Shown here piece after piece: positions 20,721 through 29,561 of a stretch of DNA of 64,000 bases. Each line of letters begins with the position of its first letter. Position 1 is the first letter of the stretch. The notes below the pieces were generated by a model. The model was not told where the DNA came from. It did not search any database and worked only from the letters and a program-made list of their open reading frames with translations. The stretch is taken from NCBI GenBank assembly GCA_000002435.2, contig CM018793.1; one strand, 5' to 3'. The position numbers and the translations under genes are program-made. The DNA is from Giardia intestinalis. Its lineage: Eukaryota.

Positions 20721-21001
20721 GCTCGGAAGGCAGCCAGCCCTCCCAGATCTGGACAAGAGGGAAGCATTGCCCAAAGCGTGCTGTCTCCTGAGCCAGTGAA
20801 CTAGGACTCCTATCACCCCAGATCATCATAGTGCTACCGCTGTCTACTATGGAGGCACTCTGACCCACAGTGCCTGAGGTTGTTGGTGCAGGCGGCAAAG
20901 GGCTCTTCATAGTGGGCTACCATCAGTGGAAGGAACGGGAGCCTGGGTGTCTTGTCCTTCTGCCAGTGATCGGCACCCGTTGCTGTGGGTACTGGGGTGG
21001 C

Positions 21002-21032
21002 GGAAGTTCCCACCTGCTGACAAGGAGCCGGG
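21002..21032 (+). repeat. copy 2 of the imperfect direct repeat
   Basis: aagttcccacctgctgacaaggagccgggc; 11/11 plus 6/6 core identity with copy 1. Confidence 0.45.
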
Positions 21033-21956
21033 CGATGTTCGCTTGTCATTGTCAACCCGGGCTGCGGCTGGCCCTGGGCAGATAGACATGAGCACAGGGA
21101 TCCCGTCCCCCGCCGTAAACCACACCACACAGAGAGGGTGTGGTAGTTCGATGTATCTCCCCACGCTGCACAACCAAAGAAGAACGGCCTTTTGATGCGT
21201 AGCTCTGGGAGCCTGCAGAGCCCAACCGAGGGGACTACATCCTGGTGCTGACTTCTGATACGGTTCGGTAGAGGCCAGCTCGATGCTCGCAAGCTTGTGG
21301 GAAGCACCAGGGCCGGCACATGCACCTGGACAGCAACGCAGGCACACATCTCGGATGCAACTCCGCTAAGGATCTTGCGAGGGGTCGGCCTGCGTCAGTG
21401 GTGGAAGGACTTGTGCGCAAGTAGCTCTGTGGCCTGTTGGTCGCATCCTCTTCTGCCGTAAAGGATACCCACCGATGATCGTTACGAACTGGATGGCCCC
21501 TGTCTATCTTTGAGACTCACCAGTGTGCACAGTTGTCGATGAGGCGGATCGTCCACTAGTCACGCCCTGCTGGACTGGTCACTGTTCCACACATCCGCTA
21601 CCTAATTATGGGCGGGAGCATCGGGCACAAGAAGAACTATGACAAGGACCCGCTGGGGTAAGCGTGCTCTGCAGCTCCTTTGGATGCCCCAGTCCCTTAC
21701 GGCTCAGGCACTGGGGCCTCAATGCATCTGCCCCTTACTGGGTTCTCCGCCGGCTAGTGCGACCTAGGCAGACACAGAGGAGTCCCGGTTCCTGTTCTGT
21801 GCAAGCTCGTCAGATCAGCCTGGTCGTGAGGCCTGGCGATACTTGACGCGTATGACTCAGAGATGCCAGTTTTATTGTGCATTACTGCATAGTTCTCTCA
21901 CTTCCAGTAGATAATTCGGTGATCTAACTAAAGAAGAGTAAACCCTCAGCATATAA

Positions 21957-23453
21957 ATGAAAGCACGCGTAATAACCCCAGATACCTATGGACTAAAGAA
22001 GAGCCACCACAAGCAAGAAGCATCTGAAGGCAGCATCTCAAAGACAAAGGCACAAGCATACAAAGGGTGGATTCCCAAAGCATACTACAAAATGACCATA
22101 CCAGGAATAGAACATCTGCAAGCCAAAACCCGCCAAAAAATCACTTCCATTCCAACAACACCACCAATTAGCGGCGCTATTCCATTACTATGGCTTGCAG
22201 ACTCAGACGGAGCGGTTTTAGGAGTAGACAGACCCGATGAAAGACCCGATAGATTTTTGGTGCTAATTCGATCTCCAGCCAAAGACCTTTCTGTACAGTG
22301 CTGGGAGGACAAGGTTAAAAGAAGCTCTCTACTCCTGAGTGGGCATGACGACTCATATACCCCGCTTACTTTTCTTTGCGTTTCAACAATGTACTTTATA
22401 TTGGATGCTCAGGGATGTATACATGTATATTCTAAATCCGGAGGCTATATAAGGAGCTTTTCTTCTGCCACAAATCCAATTGTGGGCATTACGCGTGCTA
22501 ACGACTCACAGCTTTTGTGCAACATAAAGCAACCTATTATAGCAATCTCCTACCTACTTGGGGATGTCGACTTCTTTGTTGTTAATGATGAGGGAGAGCT
22601 TTCTATTTATAACTGCATCCAGTCTGGTCTCTTTGCGCCCCATAGGTTGGTGATCAAACACGGCCATCTTTTTATAGCCAACCGTAGCAGTCAATATGGG
22701 ATATTTAACATCAGAACCAGGACATCCGTGTACTTTGGAGCAACCATCGCCCCCGTAGTAGATCTCTGTATCGCATCCGAGTCTGGCACAAACATTGCAT
22801 TCTGTCTCTTAACTGAAAACTCTCGAGTAATAGTTATAATACCGCCGATCACCGTTCTACGGCGATCTGTACCTTCGAGTGGTGTACCACTAAAAGATCT
22901 ACTAAGGGCTACGACACACACCCTTATATTTGGCCGATCTGAAGAGTGCACTCCCACCTCTGTGGCACTTACTTACCAGAACAACCTGATTACTATATTT
23001 ATTACTACAGCGGGAGGGCACATTTACATGCGACGCTTAGGGGTCACACACGAGATAGACACCAACGGCAATCTTTCAACATTCAAGCTGGATTCAGATG
23101 CACTCAGTTTTATTCACGTGACCCGATCCCTGAGCCCGGAGTCAGAAGCACACTACTCCCAATTGGTTACAGATGCACTTTCTCAGCCTCGAGGGTCGGT
23201 CGAAAAGGCAGAAGCGGTCCGACATCTTATCGAGGCATCTGCCTGTCAATCACAATGTTACGTTATCGCTGAAGATATGGTTCTCTGTTCTGCGCTGGCA
23301 GGGATGTCCGGTTGTGAAGAGCCTCTAAACTCAGTGACAGTTCTGTCTGAGCCTCAAAAGGATGACATTTATTGGGTCTCTGGTGTGATCACAAGCCCCC
23401 ATGGCTTGCTTATTTGGTTTACCCTGCCTCTTTTATGGCACAACTTGGGTTAG
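21957..23453 (+). CDS. hypothetical protein (498 aa), beta-strand-rich and possibly a beta-propeller
   Basis: ATG at 21957 behind cagcatataa. No recognisable catalytic motifs. Alternating short hydrophobic strands (VIVIIPPITVL, IFGRSEECT, LITIFITTAGGHIYM). Confidence 0.5.
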   Translation: MKARVITPDTYGLKKSHHKQEASEGSISKTKAQAYKGWIPKAYYKMTIPGIEHLQAKTRQKITSIPTTPPISGAIPLLWLADSDGAVLGVDRPDERPDRFLVLIRSPAKDLSVQCWEDKVKRSSLLLSGHDDSYTPLTFLCVSTMYFILDAQGCIHVYSKSGGYIRSFSSATNPIVGITRANDSQLLCNIKQPIIAISYLLGDVDFFVVNDEGELSIYNCIQSGLFAPHRLVIKHGHLFIANRSSQYGIFNIRTRTSVYFGATIAPVVDLCIASESGTNIAFCLLTENSRVIVIIPPITVLRRSVPSSGVPLKDLLRATTHTLIFGRSEECTPTSVALTYQNNLITIFITTAGGHIYMRRLGVTHEIDTNGNLSTFKLDSDALSFIHVTRSLSPESEAHYSQLVTDALSQPRGSVEKAEAVRHLIEASACQSQCYVIAEDMVLCSALAGMSGCEEPLNSVTVLSEPQKDDIYWVSGVITSPHGLLIWFTLPLLWHNLG

Positions 23454-23473
23454 CCTTAGAGAAATTAAATAAA
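23454..23473 (+). promoter_or_regulatory. 20-nt A/T-rich intergenic initiator (ccttagagaaattaaataaa) between tandem genes
   Basis: Lies directly between the TAG of the upstream gene and the ATG of the downstream gene. Confidence 0.4.
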
Positions 23474-25744
23474 ATGGACTCTCTCGACGCTGCTGATCCT
23501 CGCGTTGCAGTAGCCACCATTGTAAATACGGCACTGTATTCTTCATACTCACATCTAATTTCACACGGACTTCCCTCGCAGCTTAATCATGCGTTGAATG
23601 TACTGAAAAGTGTCATTTTGGAGAAGCAGGACTGCCCAATCCTCGCCGTGAATCTACGGGTGAACTACGAGTTTACCTTCAGCAACCTCTCACTCATCTC
23701 TCTTGCTGATGCTAGCTTTATGGCTTGTGCGAAAAGGATTTGCCCAGGCCCTGTAACGAAGATGCTCATTCTGTCGTTTGCCTCTGCTATCCATGAGAAT
23801 GTCTCAGGGGTTGTTTTGGCTAGTTCTCTGGTCCAGAATATTCCCTGGTCCGTCAATGTACCTCTTAGCTACTTAGCCAACGTGTTCCAGACTTTCTCAG
23901 GGCTTATAAAAGCTTCCGAAAGCAAACTTGCCCGCGTTCTTTACATGTGCGTCAGTGTGGTGCTTTTTACGCTCGATCAGAGAAACTACACAGAGGAGCT
24001 TCCGTTTGATGCAGCACGAGCCAAGTTGACATCCAACGCGCACATTTCTAAAGCAACACCCATCATACGCGAAAGCATTCGTTCTCTGCTCTGGTCATTA
24101 AGCTGCATTTATGCGTACTATCTCTTACAGCACACCAGGGGTCAGGCTGACCCAGTCCGTGCGCAGGAGCTCTTGGTTTCTGTTTACGAAGACTTCGGAG
24201 ATCTCTTAAGCGGGGTACTTTCTCCACTAGAATGGCGTGCGCCCGAACATACTGTACCGGTTCATTTTTCGTTTCTCTCAGAATCAGAAGCTATGCGGAT
24301 AACGAATGATGTATTAATACAGCGTGCTTTTGTGATGAGAACGATTGATGATGAAGAAGAGCAGATTCTCAGTGAGATAGATGCCTGGCAAAGGACTGAA
24401 GAGGCAGCGCACGCAGAGGAGGCCTTTTTCCAGGACAAGCCTCTCGTAATCGCGGACACTGGGCAGAGGATACGTAGACACGGATCTCATTCTTCAGCTG
24501 CGCACGAGATGAAGGTACCTCTTTTTCCATTAAAGAAGTTTCAAGAGGCGAAGGATAGTGATGAAACCTATACCTCTGACTCTTATTCCTTTGGAGTAAC
24601 GTTTTCTGATGTCGATATCATACAGCGTCACATGGGCCCAGACTTCTGTATTCCTTTACGTGTCACTTTCTATGGTATGCTGGCTGTGCTTGTTGACGAC
24701 TCAGTGGAGACGGTGCGAAGAATGGCAATTTATGTGTGCAACACCATTATGGGAACAATCATTCAGCGCCTTAATTCGATTGATGACATATTACAACTGG
24801 ACGGCTCCCTTCTTTCTCCATCTACTCTCGACAGCCCGCATGTAATAGCTAAATACTGCAAGGTTATTACGCTTGCTCCCTACCACATCCTTCGTGAGAT
24901 ACTATACATTAATCAGGCTTTGCTCGCTGATTCAGCCATTGCGGTCAAGTATCTAATGGGAGCCATGCGTTTTATGTTAGCAGATCTAAAGCCGTGTGAC
25001 TTTCTTGCTGATCTTTCTAGCAACATCAGGGCAAACACCTCTCTTGATTCTCATCACTTAACTAAGAGAAACATGACATTTTTATTTTTGGATTCTATTT
25101 TCTATAAGCTTATGTTACAGATTGTTCACATGTCAGATTTAACGTCAGATATCATTGACACTTTGTTCTTGGGATATTTCCCAAGACTTTCTGTTTTTAG
25201 CACTCCGGGATCTTATGACTGTTTGGGGAAAATAAGGTTCTATCAAAATCGGTTGCGGGATAAGAAGCCGGTTCCAGAGATCGGAGAACTTATTCGGGAA
25301 GACATAAGCAAAGGAATTGATGGGATATATCACCTGCTTCAAATATTCAATATGTTCTACACTGATCTGCGAGCAGTACCCCTTCCACCCGAGCTTCTGA
25401 AGCACCTGCGTGAGGCGTGCTATCTGGGGGCTTTCATTTGTGGCTCTCGCCCCTTCCTTTGCGAGCTTTGTTGCAGCCCGCTACTAATGGGCTCCAATCA
25501 GGCACTTTCCAACGCATTTTGCTTAGACGTATTCGATGTCAAGACTGTCCAGTTAAAGCTGCGTGAAACTCTCCACGACTCTGTCATGGACAGATTGGGC
25601 AAGGGCGAGTTTTGCAACGAAATCCGCGTGGCATTTCTTTGGGGTTTTCTTCTTGCTCTTAGATACGCTCCCCCGTCCATTCAGTTTGTATGCGATCATC
25701 CTTGTTCTCCTTCTGCAGAGAGCCTTCGTTCATTTACTCAATAG
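23474..25744 (+). CDS. hypothetical, largely alpha-helical protein (756 aa)
   Basis: The track ORF starts at 23372 and overlaps the upstream gene in another frame. The ATG at 23474 (MDSLDAADPRVAV...) sits behind gaaattaaataaa, a textbook Giardia initiator, 20 nt after the upstream stop. Confidence 0.5.
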   Translation: MDSLDAADPRVAVATIVNTALYSSYSHLISHGLPSQLNHALNVLKSVILEKQDCPILAVNLRVNYEFTFSNLSLISLADASFMACAKRICPGPVTKMLILSFASAIHENVSGVVLASSLVQNIPWSVNVPLSYLANVFQTFSGLIKASESKLARVLYMCVSVVLFTLDQRNYTEELPFDAARAKLTSNAHISKATPIIRESIRSLLWSLSCIYAYYLLQHTRGQADPVRAQELLVSVYEDFGDLLSGVLSPLEWRAPEHTVPVHFSFLSESEAMRITNDVLIQRAFVMRTIDDEEEQILSEIDAWQRTEEAAHAEEAFFQDKPLVIADTGQRIRRHGSHSSAAHEMKVPLFPLKKFQEAKDSDETYTSDSYSFGVTFSDVDIIQRHMGPDFCIPLRVTFYGMLAVLVDDSVETVRRMAIYVCNTIMGTIIQRLNSIDDILQLDGSLLSPSTLDSPHVIAKYCKVITLAPYHILREILYINQALLADSAIAVKYLMGAMRFMLADLKPCDFLADLSSNIRANTSLDSHHLTKRNMTFLFLDSIFYKLMLQIVHMSDLTSDIIDTLFLGYFPRLSVFSTPGSYDCLGKIRFYQNRLRDKKPVPEIGELIREDISKGIDGIYHLLQIFNMFYTDLRAVPLPPELLKHLREACYLGAFICGSRPFLCELCCSPLLMGSNQALSNAFCLDVFDVKTVQLKLRETLHDSVMDRLGKGEFCNEIRVAFLWGFLLALRYAPPSIQFVCDHPCSPSAESLRSFTQ

Positions 25745-27353
25745 GCCTTTGGGCCACGATATTTGTGCTTTCCTTGAAAAATTTGACTGGGTGCATCAGA
25801 TCAATCCGGACATCCCCGTGGACTAATTCAAACAAGTGGTTACATGCCACCTTGGGTTCTCCTTCCCTCAGAGGTGCCGTTATGTACCCCAGCCATCCCT
25901 TGTCTTGGTGATTGCTAACAGCACAGAGGATCTTGTCCTCTATGTCCCGTTCATAAGCTGTCACTCTATAATTATTCTGTAGAAACGTTTTAAGTCGGGT
26001 AGGATCTCCAGTATTCTTGTCATACATATGCACAAAGGGACAGCCGTGTACTTCTAATTGCTGCCCGGACCTATCTCCAGTTGGAACAAGGGTTCCAATA
26101 GTATTACATCCACGACACATAGCTGGCTTACGCCCGCCAACCTTACCGTGGATGTGTTTGATATTATATGCGTACTCCCTGGTAAACTTCTCCTCAGGAA
26201 TCACTCGTGTGTAAAACGACTTCTGATATTCAAGGTCGTCTTCGCATGACATTCCACAGCTGTTAAAAAAGCTGGTCAGTTGCAGACGGGCTTGGTACTT
26301 AAGCTTGTTGTTTGCCTTCAAACCATTGATGCAGTGTAACATGCACGGGGGGATACACCCAGCACGAATGGCTGCGTCGATATTTTTCCGACTGAGCTTC
26401 CTATCTTCATCCAGCTGAACCTTTGCCTCCAAGCTATTAGAGTCTATGCGCGTTTGCCTAAGGATCTCTAGAAGCTCTGCAAATTGCGGTATCCGGATGT
26501 CTGAGACAGAGGCACAGATACTCTGAGACGCCTTGTAAATGGCTGTAAATTTGATCAGCAAGAGTGAAATTAAATCTTCTGCAGCCAATAGAAACATCCC
26601 CGCCACGCATGGCACACGTTTTGCGGCGAGCTCAATACATGCTGAAAACTTTTCGCGACGTGTGAGGTAAAACGTGGAGAGAGATAGTTCGACATACTCA
26701 ATTTCTTGTATTAGTCCTAGGCACATTGCTTTGATGTATCGAAGAGCCTCCCTGTCAGAATCGTTAGTTAAATTGGTAGGCCCTGTGGCAGGCAATCTAG
26801 AAATAGAGTCTAAGGTAAAAAGGACAGGGCCATTTTCGTCAGAGATAAGTAAATCAGACACCATATACAGATAGGACGAGAGAAGACAGCTGGTTCCTTC
26901 GCCCTTACTCTTGATATTGAGCGGAGCACAGGGTTCTCCCAAAGATGAGAGGACATGTCTTGGATGGCTTCCGGGGGCCAAAAATGCATGCACAAAGCGG
27001 GAAAAGGCAAGTATTCTCTCGCAATTCATATGCCATGCCCATGCATCCTTATCTGAGGCAAATGCAAACCGCAATAGCCAATATGATCGCGTATCCTGAT
27101 CAGTGGAAAACGGCAGCCCCACTAGCCAATTATGGTTACAGCCGTTCTCAGCAAAGGTTAGCCCTACATTATTGACCACGGTGGCATGATTTTCAAGCAA
27201 TCCGGTTTCTAAGGAGCCACGCCAGCATCTATCAAGCTTTTGAAGAATCTTCAACCGAAGTACCGCTTCTTTTTCGAATACCAAAACGGATCCTTTGAAA
27301 ATGCTGAAGTCATCCGGACGCAAAAACTGACTAAACGGAGGCGAGGTTTCCAT
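25734..27353 (-). CDS. DNA primase large subunit (PRIM2/PriL-like, 4Fe-4S domain)
   Basis: ATG at 27353-27351 behind taatttcaaaaaatactcaa. The C-terminal region YQARLQLTSFFNSCGMSCEDDLEYQKSFY ... FTREYAYNIKHIHGKVGGRKPAMCRGCNTIG ... QLEVHGCPFVHMYD parallels human PRIM2's [32 protein letters not shown] ... [27 protein letters not shown] ... DYHGCPFRHSD, including the Cys ligands. The 3' end overlaps the convergent upstream gene by 11 nt. Confidence 0.7.
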   Translation of the reverse strand: METSPPFSQFLRPDDFSIFKGSVLVFEKEAVLRLKILQKLDRCWRGSLETGLLENHATVVNNVGLTFAENGCNHNWLVGLPFSTDQDTRSYWLLRFAFASDKDAWAWHMNCERILAFSRFVHAFLAPGSHPRHVLSSLGEPCAPLNIKSKGEGTSCLLSSYLYMVSDLLISDENGPVLFTLDSISRLPATGPTNLTNDSDREALRYIKAMCLGLIQEIEYVELSLSTFYLTRREKFSACIELAAKRVPCVAGMFLLAAEDLISLLLIKFTAIYKASQSICASVSDIRIPQFAELLEILRQTRIDSNSLEAKVQLDEDRKLSRKNIDAAIRAGCIPPCMLHCINGLKANNKLKYQARLQLTSFFNSCGMSCEDDLEYQKSFYTRVIPEEKFTREYAYNIKHIHGKVGGRKPAMCRGCNTIGTLVPTGDRSGQQLEVHGCPFVHMYDKNTGDPTRLKTFLQNNYRVTAYERDIEDKILCAVSNHQDKGWLGYITAPLREGEPKVACNHLFELVHGDVRIDLMHPVKFFKESTNIVAQRPIE

Positions 27354-27391
27354 TTGAGTATTTTTTGAAATTACTTATCATTGGGGTCTCT

Positions 27392-29452
27392 TTAGCCAGA
27401 ACTGCTCGAGGATGTGTCTGCCTGTAGAAAAATGAGAGAGGCATCCATAGAAGATTCGGCCTCAAAAATTGCTAGATCCTGAAGCTCATCACTTGGCGCT
27501 ACAGCTGATAGTCTCAAAGAGTGTCTCACCCGGTCTTCAGGACTAAATACAGACATAGGGCTTATGGCAGTTTCTGCGCATACTTTATCAGACGTAAGCG
27601 TGCTCGTCTGACTATCTTTGATAAGCCCCTTTTCAACCAGCAGAGCCAAGCATGCAGCTCCTGCTTGTACATCCTTTCCATCTTTAGCCTGTCGTACCCA
27701 GCATTTAGTATGATAGACAACTCCACGCTTTTTATTATCAACGATGTCATGCTCCACGTCAATGAGTACGCTCATACAGGTAGCCTTTCCATTGCGGGCA
27801 GCGTGTATGAGAGCTGTGTATCCCCGTTTATCGCGCATACGATGCTCTAAGTGTGTGTTAGATGGCTCAGTGGTAGAAAGGTCGATCATTCCTTTGACAA
27901 ACTCTACGGCCCCAGCTGCCGCCGCGAGCATAAGCGCTGTTCGTCCATTCCTTCGCGTCATCCGGCCTTCTACGGGTAATAAGTACTTTAACGACTCCGG
28001 CATATTACGTCTGGCAGCCACCATCAGGGCTGTGCTTCCACTCTTAGTTTTAATCTTCTTCTCCAATGGGACCAGCATTTCAACGGATGTCCACTTACGG
28101 CGAATGATAGCCAGCATAAGAGAAGTTAAGCCTATAGTCGTGCGAAGGCCTCTTTCATGGGGAGCTAAAAGCTCGATCACTTGGACGTGTCCCTTTTCAG
28201 CAGCCATCATCAATGCCGTCTTCCCCCGCTCAGTTTGCATCTTTGCTTCAGTTGGTATAAGCTGGGACACAACGCTAACGTGGTTGTTAGATGCGGCATA
28301 CATCAGGGCTGTCTTACCACGGGCAGGACTATCGCGACTGATAATCTGAAGTCTAACTTCACTAAGAAGAAAAGGTATAAGCGCTGCATGTCCATGCTGA
28401 GCCGCGTACATAAGCGCAGTTTTACCCAGAAAAGTCGCCAAACCACATTGATCTAAATGCGCTATGGCCCGATCATAGTCACCAGATGATGCTGCGCTCA
28501 TTAAATCAGTTAAATCCGAAAAGGGTATCTGTGCATCTGTAGTGCAAAGATTACGGTTATCAAGTGCGATCTTCGTGTCCTTAATTTTAGAGAATAGTGA
28601 TGACTTTAGAAGATCACCTGCTGCTGGACGTGAATCTGGAAGCAAGGAAAGCAAACTAAACAAAGTTTCACGAAGTTGTGGAGAATAGTGGGAAAGCAAT
28701 GGATTATCTTGCAGCGTGTTAACAAGTGTATCAAGAGAGATGCCCTCGGGTGCTTGCAAAGTACACATAGTATAAATGAGCATCCCGAGAGACCACATGT
28801 CGCTCTTGGTACTCCAAGTACCTTTCTCGAGGGCTTCTGGTGCAATAAATACGTCCATATTTGACGCAAAGCTGTACTTGCTAGAGCTGTAGGGTGTGCT
28901 GTTTGGAAACAAGTAAGCCATATCGCACAAGGCAACAGAACCATCCCAACGTAGCATCACATTATTCAGATGAAGACGCCCATGAATGAGCTCGTTCACG
29001 CGGGGAAGAGTACTAGCTGGCGCAGCTGTCTTAGGGGAGATGCCAGTAGTAGATCGGTGCTTGAATTCGTGAAGATAGTGTAAGCCTTCAAGGATTTGCT
29101 TTGCGATCTTTAACACCGTATACTCAGACATATCAAGGCAGGAGTCTCGATAGCTCTGTATAAGATGGCCTAGAGGCTCCTTACATAACTCTCGTATCAA
29201 GTAAATAGTACCTGAGCCCGGGCACTGGAACGCTCTGTAATAACAGGCTAGGGTCTGAGTCTGCAACAACGTATACATGTGACCATCGGTTATGCATGGA
29301 AAGATCATGCGGGAGGGGGTGCACCGAGGCGTCAAAACCCGAAGTGCCCTATGCTTCTTTACAGAGACATCCATAACTTGATACGTTGCCGACCCGTGGG
29401 ATTTCTGCATGGTGGTACAGATCTCCAGGCCTAGGGCACGAGGAAGATCCAT
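27392..29452 (-). CDS. NEK-family protein kinase-like domain (probably a catalytically dead pseudokinase) fused to Giardia-type ankyrin repeats
   Basis: The track start at 29455 is a TTG. The ATG at 29452 follows ggtacactttattg. The kinase fold is recognisable (LKIAKQILEGLHYLH, APE in FIAPEALEKG, SDMWSLGMLIYTM), but HRD is replaced by HGR (HGRLHLNNVML), DFG by DMA (LCDMAYLF), and the VAIK Lys by Arg (RALRVL). Seven or more ankyrin repeats follow (GKTALMYAAQHGH, GKTALMMAAEKGH, GSTALMVAARRNM, GYTALIHAARNGK). Confidence 0.75.
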   Translation of the reverse strand: MDLPRALGLEICTTMQKSHGSATYQVMDVSVKKHRALRVLTPRCTPSRMIFPCITDGHMYTLLQTQTLACYYRAFQCPGSGTIYLIRELCKEPLGHLIQSYRDSCLDMSEYTVLKIAKQILEGLHYLHEFKHRSTTGISPKTAAPASTLPRVNELIHGRLHLNNVMLRWDGSVALCDMAYLFPNSTPYSSSKYSFASNMDVFIAPEALEKGTWSTKSDMWSLGMLIYTMCTLQAPEGISLDTLVNTLQDNPLLSHYSPQLRETLFSLLSLLPDSRPAAGDLLKSSLFSKIKDTKIALDNRNLCTTDAQIPFSDLTDLMSAASSGDYDRAIAHLDQCGLATFLGKTALMYAAQHGHAALIPFLLSEVRLQIISRDSPARGKTALMYAASNNHVSVVSQLIPTEAKMQTERGKTALMMAAEKGHVQVIELLAPHERGLRTTIGLTSLMLAIIRRKWTSVEMLVPLEKKIKTKSGSTALMVAARRNMPESLKYLLPVEGRMTRRNGRTALMLAAAAGAVEFVKGMIDLSTTEPSNTHLEHRMRDKRGYTALIHAARNGKATCMSVLIDVEHDIVDNKKRGVVYHTKCWVRQAKDGKDVQAGAACLALLVEKGLIKDSQTSTLTSDKVCAETAISPMSVFSPEDRVRHSLRLSAVAPSDELQDLAIFEAESSMDASLIFLQADTSSSSSG

Positions 29453-29561
29453 CAATAAAGTGTACCTTGGACATTTGGACAGTCAATTTAAAATGGCATG
29501 AAAACTGAGCATATTTTGTTTTAGCCAAATTTGGAATCCCTACTCCTTCTGCACTTAGAGG

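Larger units (their letters stand above)
20400..21930. other. GC-rich, apparently non-coding island (about 1.5 kb) between the VSP 5' end and the next gene; possible ncRNA, decayed pseudogene or repeat relic
   Basis: No ORF above 190 aa. Many short ORFs overlap in all six frames, the signature of GC-rich non-coding DNA. The island is far longer than any other spacer in this window. It contains a 30-nt imperfect direct repeat and is followed by an AGTAAAC at 21937-21943. Confidence 0.4.

Noticed and set aside
21602-21660. A 17-codon ORF (MGGSIGHKKNYDKDPLG) followed by GTAAGC, considered as a possible first exon plus intron.
   Set aside because: Giardia introns that I know of use GTATGT 5' sites and a C[TA]AAC...ACAG 3' motif. 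Neither is present. It sits inside the GC-rich island and is most likely non-coding.
23372-23473. Upstream extension of the 23474 gene (MGLWCDHKPPWLAYLVYPASFMAQ...).
   Set aside because: It overlaps the preceding gene's C-terminus in another frame. The ATG at 23474 has a far better initiator. Retained only as the frameshift alternative in the findings.
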